Assembly (NCBI RefSeq): GCF_000008625.1
Contig: NC_000918.1
Coordinates: 1,260,001-1,292,000 of the forward strand
DNA from: Aquifex aeolicus VF5
GTDB taxonomy: Bacteria; Aquificota; Aquificia; Aquificales; Aquificaceae
Direction: 5' to 3'
DNA length: 32,000 nt
Of the stretch, positions 17,001 to 25,783 are shown one piece after another. How positions within the stretch are numbered: the first letter of the stretch is position 1; each line of letters begins with the position of its first letter. The notes under the pieces were generated by a model. That model worked only from the letters and a program-made list of their open reading frames with translations. It had not been told where the DNA came from and did not search any database. The position numbers were made by a program, and so were the translations under genes.

Positions 17001-18308
17001 ATGGGCTTTGTAAGGGTCGGAATAATCGGTTGCGGTACGGTTGGAACGGGAACCGCCAAACTCCTCATACAGAATGCAGACCTAATAAAGAAGAAAACGG
17101 GTATAGAGTTCAAACTCGTGAAAGTTGCGGACATAGACTGGGAGAGAAAGAGGGAGTTTGAAGTTCCGAAAGAACTGAGAACCACAGATTATAAAGAAGT
17201 TATAGATAATTCGGACGTGGTCGTTGAACTCGTAGGCGGTAAAACTTTCGCTAAGAAGGTAATACTGGAAGCTCTGGAAGCGGGAAAGTGCGTTGTTACA
17301 GCAAATAAACACCTCCTCGCAGAGGAAGGGAAGGAGATTTTTGAAGAGGCCAAGAAGAGAAACTTATTTATAGGTTTTGAAGCCTCGGTGGGAGGAGGGA
17401 TTCCCGTGATAAAAGCGTTAAGGGAAGGACTTGCGGGGAATAAAATTCTCAACATCCTCGGTATCCTCAACGGAACGACAAATTACATACTCACGAGGAT
17501 GTTTGAGGAAAATCTTGACTTTGAAACGGCTTTAAAGGAAGCAAAAGAAAAAGGGTATGCGGAGGCAGATCCAAGTCTTGACATAGACGGGTGGGATGCG
17601 GCTCACAAGATTGCTATTCTCGCCATGCTCGCCTACGGTGGGTATCTAGACTTTAACGACGTTTACGTAGAGGGTATAAGGAACGTTGATAAGCTCGACG
17701 TAGAACTGGGAAAGGAACTGGGATACACACTGAAACTCCTCGCAATCGCGAAAAAAGTTGACTCGGAGGTTGAGGTGAGGGTTCATCCCACCTTTATACA
17801 CTCCGAGGAAGCCCTTGCAAAGGTCTCCGGAGTTTACAACGCAGTCATGATAGAGGGAGATTTTGTAGGGAAAACCATGTTCTATGGTCAGGGGGCGGGT
17901 TCACATCCGACCGCTTCTGCGGTGGTGGCGGACGTGATAGACGCGGGGAGGTTCTTACTCTGTAGCTCTAAGGTTCTTCCTCCCGTGAACTGGGAAGAAG
18001 GAGAACTGAAGGTCAGGAAGAACTTTTACTCCAGGTACTACCTTAGGTTTGACGTTCCTGACAAGCCCGGAGTTCTGGCAAAGATAGCGAATGTACTTGC
18101 GGATTACAATATAAGCATAGCCTCGGTTCTCCAGAAGGAAATGGTTTGTAAAATCGCGGGCAGGGAGGGTGAAACTATAGTTCCTCTGGTTATCCTGACT
18201 CACAAAGCTTTTGAAGAGGATATACAGAACGCTTTAAAGGAGATACAGAAGCTCCCCGTAGTTGTTGATAAGCCCGTGCTGATACGTGTGGAAGAGGAGG
18301 CTTACTGA
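17001..18308 (+). CDS. hom: Homoserine dehydrogenase
   Basis: 435 aa. N-terminal Rossmann motif GIIGCGTVG, the catalytic-domain pattern (NGTTNYILT, AEADPSLDIDG.DAAHK), and a C-terminal ACT domain. Confidence 0.93.
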   Translation: MGFVRVGIIGCGTVGTGTAKLLIQNADLIKKKTGIEFKLVKVADIDWERKREFEVPKELRTTDYKEVIDNSDVVVELVGGKTFAKKVILEALEAGKCVVTANKHLLAEEGKEIFEEAKKRNLFIGFEASVGGGIPVIKALREGLAGNKILNILGILNGTTNYILTRMFEENLDFETALKEAKEKGYAEADPSLDIDGWDAAHKIAILAMLAYGGYLDFNDVYVEGIRNVDKLDVELGKELGYTLKLLAIAKKVDSEVEVRVHPTFIHSEEALAKVSGVYNAVMIEGDFVGKTMFYGQGAGSHPTASAVVADVIDAGRFLLCSSKVLPPVNWEEGELKVRKNFYSRYYLRFDVPDKPGVLAKIANVLADYNISIASVLQKEMVCKIAGREGETIVPLVILTHKAFEEDIQNALKEIQKLPVVVDKPVLIRVEEEAY

Positions 18309-19044
18309 AAAAGTGGAAATACTTCTAATCGCTTCTCTTCTGAGTTTAGGTACTTTCCTTGGCAGTTTTCTTTCTCTGTTTTTCAGGAGTGTGAACGTAG
18401 GTGTGAGTTTAGCCTTTGCGGCGGGTGTTATGCTCGTTGCGAGTTTCACGAGTTTAATACTTCCGGGAATAGAAATCGGCGGTTTCTGGAAAACCGCTAC
18501 TGGTATAGTTCTCGGATTCTTCCTTATGATGCTCGTTGAAGTTTTATCCCCACACGAGCACGTAGTTAAAGGAAAGGAGGGACTGATTAAGAAGGAAAGT
18601 TTAAACCGCTTAATCCTGATAGTTATCGGCATTACGATTCACAACGTGCCTGAAGGGATAAGCGTGGGTGTCGCTACCTCACATTCATGGAATACGGGAT
18701 TTCCTCTGGCAATTGCCATAGCCGTGCAGGACATTCCCGAAGGCTTAGTGGTTTCCCTTCCTCTCATGGTCATGATGAAGAGTACCTTAATCCCGCTAAT
18801 AATTGGTTTTCTCAGCGGTTTTATAGAGTCAATTTTTGCGGTTTTCGGTTACTACCTCATGGAAACCTTTAAAAACCTTCTGCCCTACGGTCTCGGATTT
18901 GGCGGAGGTGCTATGCTATACGTTACCGTAAAAGAGGCTCTACCGGAAATCTACGCTTCGGGAGAGAGGGAAACTAAAATAACGCTTAGTTTCCTGACAG
19001 GTTTCCTGCTTATGCTATTTCTGGATTCCATTGAGATTAAATAA
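18286..19044 (+). CDS. ZIP-family divalent metal transporter (ZupT/GufA-like)
   Basis: About 250 aa, multi-TM, with HNVPEGISVG and QDIPEGL motifs. The start is uncertain: GTG at 18286 overlaps hom, and GTG at 18313 is an alternative. Confidence 0.85.
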   Translation: MWKRRLTEKVEILLIASLLSLGTFLGSFLSLFFRSVNVGVSLAFAAGVMLVASFTSLILPGIEIGGFWKTATGIVLGFFLMMLVEVLSPHEHVVKGKEGLIKKESLNRLILIVIGITIHNVPEGISVGVATSHSWNTGFPLAIAIAVQDIPEGLVVSLPLMVMMKSTLIPLIIGFLSGFIESIFAVFGYYLMETFKNLLPYGLGFGGGAMLYVTVKEALPEIYASGERETKITLSFLTGFLLMLFLDSIEIK

Positions 19045-19050
19045 TTCCTT

Positions 19051-20328
<1,278 letters not shown>

Positions 20329-20344
20329 CTATTAAAATAACTCT

Positions 20345-21196
20345 ATGCAAAACGCCATACTTCTCGTATCCTGCCCAGATAGGAAGGGACTCGTAAAGGA
20401 AATTTCCTCCTTTATAGCGGACAACGGGGGAAACATAGTCAGCTTTGACCAGCACATAGACGAGCAGACGAAAACCTTCCTTGCAAGGGTGGAGTGGAGT
20501 CTCGAGGATTTTAAAATCCCAAGAGAAAAAATTGAAAATGAGTTTAAAAAAGTTGCCCAAAAGTTTTCTATGAATTTCCAAATTAGTTTTTCCGATTACG
20601 TTAAAAAGGTTGCCATTTTCGTTTCAAAACAGGAGCACTGCTTTTACGACCTAATGCACAGATTTTACTCGGGAGAGCTAAAGGGGGAGGTGAAGCTCGT
20701 TATAAGTAACCACGAAAAGGCGAGGAAAACAGCGGAGTTCTTCGGCGTTCCCTTTTACCACATTCCGAAAACCAAGGAGAATAAACTTGAGGCTGAAAAG
20801 AGAGAGCTTGAGCTTTTAAAGGAGTACGGTGTTGAACTTGTAGTTCTCGCAAGGTACATGCAAATTCTTTCCCCTAAATTCGTAAAGGAGTATGAAAACA
20901 AGATAATAAACATACACCATTCCTTCCTGCCAGCCTTTCCAGGGGCAAAACCCTACGAGAGAGCTTTCGGGAAAGGCGTGAAGATTATAGGTGCTACCGC
21001 CCATTACGTTACGGAGGAGCTGGACGAAGGCCCCATAATAGAGCAGGACGTGGTTCGTGTAAGCCACAAGGACAGTCTTGAGGACTTCATAAGAAAGGGG
21101 AAGGACATAGAAAAAGTAGTTCTCGCAAGGGCGGTAAAGTGGCACCTTGAGGACAAGATACTCGTCTACAATGGAAAGACAGTAGTTTTTGAATGA
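20345..21196 (+). CDS. purU: Formyltetrahydrofolate deformylase
   Basis: 283 aa. N-terminal ACT-like domain (LLVSCPDRKGLV) plus a formyltransferase core (LARYMQILS, IINIHHSFLPAF.GA.PY). Confidence 0.92.
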   Translation: MQNAILLVSCPDRKGLVKEISSFIADNGGNIVSFDQHIDEQTKTFLARVEWSLEDFKIPREKIENEFKKVAQKFSMNFQISFSDYVKKVAIFVSKQEHCFYDLMHRFYSGELKGEVKLVISNHEKARKTAEFFGVPFYHIPKTKENKLEAEKRELELLKEYGVELVVLARYMQILSPKFVKEYENKIINIHHSFLPAFPGAKPYERAFGKGVKIIGATAHYVTEELDEGPIIEQDVVRVSHKDSLEDFIRKGKDIEKVVLARAVKWHLEDKILVYNGKTVVFE

Positions 21197-21206
21197 AAAT
21201 TTAATT

Positions 21207-22484
21207 ATGAAGATAATTCTACTTTCACTCTTCTGGGTATTCTTTTCCTTCGGAAAGATATTCGTAGCCCAGTGGGAAGGCCCCATAACGCCCACTACCG
21301 CTGACTACGTTGAAAGGACTATACAGAAAGCACAGAAGGAAGGGGGAACGCTGTACATACTTCTCTTAAACACTCCCGGCGGACTTGTGGAGAGTATGAG
21401 GAAGATAATTCAGAGTTTCGAGACCGCTCCCTTTCCCATAGTAGTTTATGTTTATCCGCCGGGCGGGAGAGCTGCTTCAGCAGGGGCAATTATAACTATA
21501 GCCGCGGACATAGCCGCGATGGCCCCGGGCACCAATATAGGCGCGGCACACCCGGTCCTTGCAACACCGCAGGGTCGCGAAAAAAAGGAAAAGGGAAAGG
21601 ACGTTATGATGGAAAAGGTACTACAGGACATGCTCGCCTTCGTAAGAGCCATAGCCAAAGAAAAGGGAAGAAACGTAAAAGTAGTTGAAAAGATGGTAAA
21701 GGAGAGTCTTTCCCTTTCTGCGGAAGAAGCTCTGAAAAAGGGAGTAATAGACCTGATAGCGTATAACCTTGAGGACTTACTCACGAAACTAGAGGGTAAA
21801 AAAGTTAAAAAACTTAACGCGGTTTACGAAATAAGAACAAAGGGCAAAGAAGTAGTGTTTTTAAAACCGAGTCTGAGAGAAGAATTTCTGAAAATCATTA
21901 CAAATCCGACAGTGGCTTACCTCCTGCTCATGCTTGGATTTTACGGAATATTCTTCGAACTTTACAACCCTGGTGCCATAATCCCCGGTGTTCTGGGGGC
22001 TATATGTCTGCTCCTCGGTCTGTACGGTCTGAGCGTTATATCTATAAACTGGCTTGCCTTATTGCTTATAGTCCTCGGGATACTCTTTTTTGTCCTTGAA
22101 CTCCTTACTCCAACTTTCGGGGCCCTTGCCCTCGGAGGTGCTATTTCCATACTCCTAGGCTCACTTTTCCTCGTAGAAGAGGGTTCACCGTACGGAGAAA
22201 TCCCAAAGCAATTAATAATCAGTGTTTCCATTTTTAGTGCCATTTTCTTCCTCGGGGTAGGTTATCTTGGCTTGAAGGCTCAAAAGAGGAAGAAGCTCAC
22301 GGGAATTGAGGGGATGATAGGAGAAGAGGGAGAGGCTATTGTAGACTTTAAAAACGGGAGGGGAAAGGTATTCGTTCACGGGGAGATATGGGACGCTGTA
22401 TCGGAGGACGATATAAAGAAAGGGGATACGGTTAAAGTAGTAGGCGCTAAAGGTCTTAAATTAATCGTTAAGAAATCTTCGTGA
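21207..22484 (+). CDS. nfeD: Membrane-bound ClpP-class serine protease, long NfeD family
   Basis: Signal peptide, ClpP-like domain (NTPGG, RAASAGA), a multi-TM middle region, and a C-terminal OB-like NfeD domain (GRGKVFVHGEIWDAVS). I prefer the ATG at 21207; the track's TTG at 21189 overlaps purU. Confidence 0.85.
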   Translation: MKIILLSLFWVFFSFGKIFVAQWEGPITPTTADYVERTIQKAQKEGGTLYILLLNTPGGLVESMRKIIQSFETAPFPIVVYVYPPGGRAASAGAIITIAADIAAMAPGTNIGAAHPVLATPQGREKKEKGKDVMMEKVLQDMLAFVRAIAKEKGRNVKVVEKMVKESLSLSAEEALKKGVIDLIAYNLEDLLTKLEGKKVKKLNAVYEIRTKGKEVVFLKPSLREEFLKIITNPTVAYLLLMLGFYGIFFELYNPGAIIPGVLGAICLLLGLYGLSVISINWLALLLIVLGILFFVLELLTPTFGALALGGAISILLGSLFLVEEGSPYGEIPKQLIISVSIFSAIFFLGVGYLGLKAQKRKKLTGIEGMIGEEGEAIVDFKNGRGKVFVHGEIWDAVSEDDIKKGDTVKVVGAKGLKLIVKKSS

Positions 22485-22505
22485 AAGGGCTATATTTATT
22501 CCTTA

Positions 22506-22994
22506 ATGGAACTGGATCTCATAAGTTACGAACTTGACGAGAAAACTAAGGAAGGAATAGAGAAGGTTGTTGAGAAGTTCTTTACTAAAGCTGAACCAGA
22601 TTTAGTGCTCATATTTGACAAAGCAGGCAGGATACTCGCCTGTAAGGGGATGGATATCTCCGATACTTACTCCGAGTTCATATCAAGTATTCTCAGTGCT
22701 CTGTTCTTCGCCTCCGAAGAACTCACATCGATGCTGGACAAAAACGACGAGATGAAGGACGTGTTTTACGAGACAAAAAACAGGGTGTTTTTAATGGCAA
22801 GACTTGAAAAAGACTTCCTTATCGGAGTAATATCGAGGAAAAACCTATCTCTGGGAAGTATCAGACTCTTTTTCAATCACCTTGTGTCCGACCTCAACGC
22901 AGTTCTTAAAAACCTTAAAGAAGTAGAAAAGAAGAGTCTTAAAATTTCTAAGGAAGAGTTGAAGAAGAAACTGGATCAGATTCTGGGAAGCTGA
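22506..22994 (+). CDS. Roadblock/LC7 (MglB-like) protein with a C-terminal K/E-rich helix
   Basis: 162 aa. DLVLIFDKAGRILACKG...SSILSALFFASEEL...VFLMARLEKDFLIGVISRKNLSLGSIRL follows the Roadblock/LC7 alpha-beta-alpha pattern. Its stop lies 1 nt before the GTPase start. Confidence 0.7.
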   Translation: MELDLISYELDEKTKEGIEKVVEKFFTKAEPDLVLIFDKAGRILACKGMDISDTYSEFISSILSALFFASEELTSMLDKNDEMKDVFYETKNRVFLMARLEKDFLIGVISRKNLSLGSIRLFFNHLVSDLNAVLKNLKEVEKKSLKISKEELKKKLDQILGS

Positions 22995-22995
22995 A

Positions 22996-23421
22996 ATGAA
23001 GCTGAAAATAGTGTTCTTCGGTGCAAGTCTTGCAGGTAAGAGTACCACGGTGAGAAAGCTTTACGAGATTTTAAAGGAAAAGGGACTAGTAAAGGGAGAG
23101 TTTATGAGTATAGACACCGACGAAAAAAGGACACTCTTTGTGGAAATGTTCCTCAGTAAGATTCCTATAGACGGTCAGGAAATAGACTTTAAAATCCTCA
23201 CCACTCCCGGGCAGTTCAGACTTCACCCCCTCAGAAAGGCAATAATGCAGGGGGTGGACGGTCTTGTGTTTACCGTCGACTCTCAAACGGGAAGGGAAGA
23301 AATAAACTTTCTCGTTCTTCGTGAAACGGCACACGTGCTTAAGGACTCAACATGGATCTATACTCAATACCCGTCGTTGTTCAGTACAACAAGAGAGATC
23401 TTCCCGACGCACTTCCCATAG
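22996..23421 (+). CDS. MglA-type Ras-like small GTPase, N-terminal fragment (G1-G3)
   Basis: P-loop GASLAGKST, switch I TDEKRTLF, and G3 TTPGQ, as in MglA. From about 23347 this frame reads unrelated sequence (STWIYTQYPSLF...), while the -1 frame carries the rest of the G domain. Confidence 0.8.
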   Translation: MKLKIVFFGASLAGKSTTVRKLYEILKEKGLVKGEFMSIDTDEKRTLFVEMFLSKIPIDGQEIDFKILTTPGQFRLHPLRKAIMQGVDGLVFTVDSQTGREEINFLVLRETAHVLKDSTWIYTQYPSLFSTTREIFPTHFP

Positions 23422-23564
23422 ACGAACTCCAGCCTATATGTAATCCTTGGGACGCACCCTATACGGAAACCGTAGCCACAGAAGGAAAAGGTGTGCTCGA
23501 AACCTTTAAACTAATAGTGGAGAGGGTTCTGGAGAGGGATGTGGAAAGAGAAGGTAAGAGATAA
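23352..23564 (+). CDS. MglA-type small GTPase, C-terminal fragment (G4-G5)
   Basis: IPVVVQYNKRDLP (G4, NKxD) and ATEGKGV (G5). The frame is open from 23343, just after a TAA at 23340-23342. Confidence 0.75.
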   Translation: MDLYSIPVVVQYNKRDLPDALPIDELQPICNPWDAPYTETVATEGKGVLETFKLIVERVLERDVEREGKR

Positions 23565-24606
23565 CATCCTCGGTGAAGTTATCGACTGGAAGGCTTTAAT
23601 AGATTCCTTAAAAAAGGAAAGGTTTACAGGCTACATAAAAGTAGAGAGTTGGGATGAAACGGATTACGTGATACTCGCTGAAGGGAGTGTAAAGAAAATC
23701 GTAAGACATAAGGATAATAAGAAAACCTTTCTGGATACCTCAAATTACACACCCTCTTCGGAGAGTAAGATATCCGTTTACAAATCCTCACCTCTCACGA
23801 CTGCACACATATGCAAAGACTTAAATTTCTTTGAATACCAGACGCTCAGTTTATCGGGTTACGGGGAAGAAATATTCCACTCGGAATTGAATTTAGTGAA
23901 TCCCGAAAAGCTGGAGACCTTCTTCCAGAAAGTTAACCTTAACGGTTACGCTGTGATCTACACGTACACCAGCATTTACTGTAACGTTTTCCTGCTCCAG
24001 GGACATTTGGTAGGAATAAACGGTGGAAACACATGGGATAGTGAAGTTCCTTCACAAAAGGATTTATGGCAGGGAAAAGTCTTTTTATCCGCCTATTTCA
24101 TAGAGCCCGACGAAGTACTTCTTCTCATTTCCCTTAAAAGGGGCTTTAAAGAAAAGAATGAACTTAATGGAAACGGGTTTTTCGTGAACGGAAATTACGT
24201 AGGCTTTGTGGAAAACGGAAACATCAAGAAAGGTTTATTAATCCTTCCTGAGGAAATAGTGGAAACGCAGGAAGTAAAAGGAGAAAAGTTTCTGGAAGTG
24301 AACCTGATAGAAAATCCCGAAAGGCTTGAAATTTCTTTTAAAGACCTCATACCTAAGGAGGAAAAGAAAATCAAACCAGACGTACCCTTAAAGGTAAGAG
24401 AGATATTCCTCGACTACATAGGGCCGGTGGGTAAGATTTTGTGGGACAAGGTACTGCAGGAACTCGACATAAGCCCGGAGGAGTTTACACATCCTACGTT
24501 CAGGATGTTTATAAACAGACTTGCTCAAGAGATACCCGAAGAAGATCTCAGTAAAGAGTTCTTAAATAAAGCCTGGGAGGTTCTGGATGAAAGCACTTCT
24601 ACCTAA
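23539..24606 (+). CDS. 355-aa protein with two DUF4388/PATAN-like modules and a C-terminal helical domain
   Basis: ATG preceded by GGAGAGGG. Overlaps the GTPase 3' end by 26 nt. An approximately repeated pattern: ALIDSLKKERFTGYIKVES..DYVILAEGSVKKI and LETFFQKVNLNGYAVIYT..NVFLLQGHLVGI. The C-terminus reads IFLDYIGPVGKILWDKVLQEL... The family assignment is from memory only. Confidence 0.6.
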   Translation: MWKEKVRDNILGEVIDWKALIDSLKKERFTGYIKVESWDETDYVILAEGSVKKIVRHKDNKKTFLDTSNYTPSSESKISVYKSSPLTTAHICKDLNFFEYQTLSLSGYGEEIFHSELNLVNPEKLETFFQKVNLNGYAVIYTYTSIYCNVFLLQGHLVGINGGNTWDSEVPSQKDLWQGKVFLSAYFIEPDEVLLLISLKRGFKEKNELNGNGFFVNGNYVGFVENGNIKKGLLILPEEIVETQEVKGEKFLEVNLIENPERLEISFKDLIPKEEKKIKPDVPLKVREIFLDYIGPVGKILWDKVLQELDISPEEFTHPTFRMFINRLAQEIPEEDLSKEFLNKAWEVLDESTST

Positions 24607-25486
24607 ATCCATTAAAGGTAAAGTGAGCTTAATTATCGGTTCTATCGCGGTTGCGAGCGGACTGATAACGGGTTTTTACACCTATAACGAAGAAGTAAAA
24701 AAAGCCAAGGAAGTGTCCAAGGAAAAGGTGAGGTTGACTCTTGCCTTTTCAAAGTCTATCAGAGGTTATGTGAGAGAAACACTTAGACCCAAAATATACG
24801 AGCTGATGAACGAGTACAAGTGTATTAAGGAAGACTTCATACTGGAAGCTCAATCCTCTTCCTTCTTGACTTCGAACATTTTCAGAAGTGTAAGCAGAGA
24901 GTTTCAGGGGTTGACTTTAAGGCAAGTGGCTTTCAAACCTTTAAATCCAAAGAACGAACCGACTCCCGTTGAGCAGAAGATAATAGAGTACTTCAGGAAA
25001 ACTAAAGCACCTGAGTACACGGAAATCGTTAACATAAACAACTACAGGTATTTGGTCTCAGCTTTTCCGGTTAAAGTAGAGGCTTCCTGTCTCATGTGCC
25101 ACGGAAAAGTGGAAAATATGCCAAAAGCTGTAAAAGCTATATATAAACCCAAAGAGGACCCGAACTGGAAAGTTGACGAGATACAGGGAGGAATTTTCGT
25201 ATACGAACCCTACGAGGCTACACTTTTGAGGGCACAACTGAGCGGTCTCATAAAGGGAGGAACTATATTCTTCGTAAACATACTCGTTCTCGGTATCATA
25301 CTCTGGATACTAAACCGCTACGTTTTCAGCCCTATAAACGTTCTCAAGGAACACGCGGATAAGATAAGCAAGGGTGAAATAGATGACAGGATACCTGTAA
25401 AGGGAGAAGACGAGATAGGAGAACTCGCAAAGGCTTTTGAGAGAATGAGGATAAGCATAAAGAAAGTTATGGATCTACTCAAGTGA
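24587..25486 (+). CDS. Membrane sensor: TM, periplasmic c-haem domain (DUF3365/Tll0287-like), TM, HAMP, with no output domain
   Basis: 299 aa. N-terminal TM helix, periplasmic domain with CLMCHG (CxxCH, nt 25088-25102), a second TM (about aa 224-244), and HAMP (PINVLKEHADKISKGEIDDRIPVKGEDEIGELAKAFERM). The stop comes 9 residues later. Overlaps the upstream gene by 20 nt. Confidence 0.75.
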   Translation: MKALLPKSIKGKVSLIIGSIAVASGLITGFYTYNEEVKKAKEVSKEKVRLTLAFSKSIRGYVRETLRPKIYELMNEYKCIKEDFILEAQSSSFLTSNIFRSVSREFQGLTLRQVAFKPLNPKNEPTPVEQKIIEYFRKTKAPEYTEIVNINNYRYLVSAFPVKVEASCLMCHGKVENMPKAVKAIYKPKEDPNWKVDEIQGGIFVYEPYEATLLRAQLSGLIKGGTIFFVNILVLGIILWILNRYVFSPINVLKEHADKISKGEIDDRIPVKGEDEIGELAKAFERMRISIKKVMDLLK

Positions 25487-25783
25487 TCTGATAACCTCTT
25501 CTAGGAAGCCCTCCGCTTCCTTCAGAGCTTCGTCACTTCCCTTTAGCTTCGTGTACAGCTCAAGAACTTCCCTTCCTCTGCTGTCGGCAATAAGGGGATA
25601 AATCATCCTAAGCAGAATCATAAGCTCCTTCTTCCTCTCTTCTCCGTTTTTAGATTTGATATTTTCCCACCTTTTCTTTATCAGGCTCACTTCTGTCTTT
25701 CTGATGTCCATAGGGAAAATTTTAAAATACTTGAGGTAATGCCCAGAGCTATTCTGGAGATAAACAGTGAAAGGATAAGACAC
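25475..25783 (-). CDS. Small hypothetical helical protein
   Basis: 102-aa ORF with no recognised family. An alternative start at ATG 25711 (MDIRKTEV..., 78 aa) would remove the 45-nt divergent overlap with alr. Confidence 0.45.
   Translation of the reverse strand: MSYPFTVYLQNSSGHYLKYFKIFPMDIRKTEVSLIKKRWENIKSKNGEERKKELMILLRMIYPLIADSRGREVLELYTKLKGSDEALKEAEGFLEEVIRSLE

Noticed and set aside
17955-18632. Minus-strand ORFs of 82 and 132 aa opposite the hom 3' end and the ZIP transporter
   Set aside because: They are antisense shadows. The plus-strand frames carry diagnostic ACT-domain and ZIP (HNVPEG/QDIPEG) motifs.
22485-22505. Possible internal promoter (TATATT) or RBS between nfeD and the Roadblock gene
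   Set aside because: At 21 nt the gap is too short, and the match too weak, to call from sequence alone. There is no clear Shine-Dalgarno before ATG 22506, so whether the module has its own promoter stays open.
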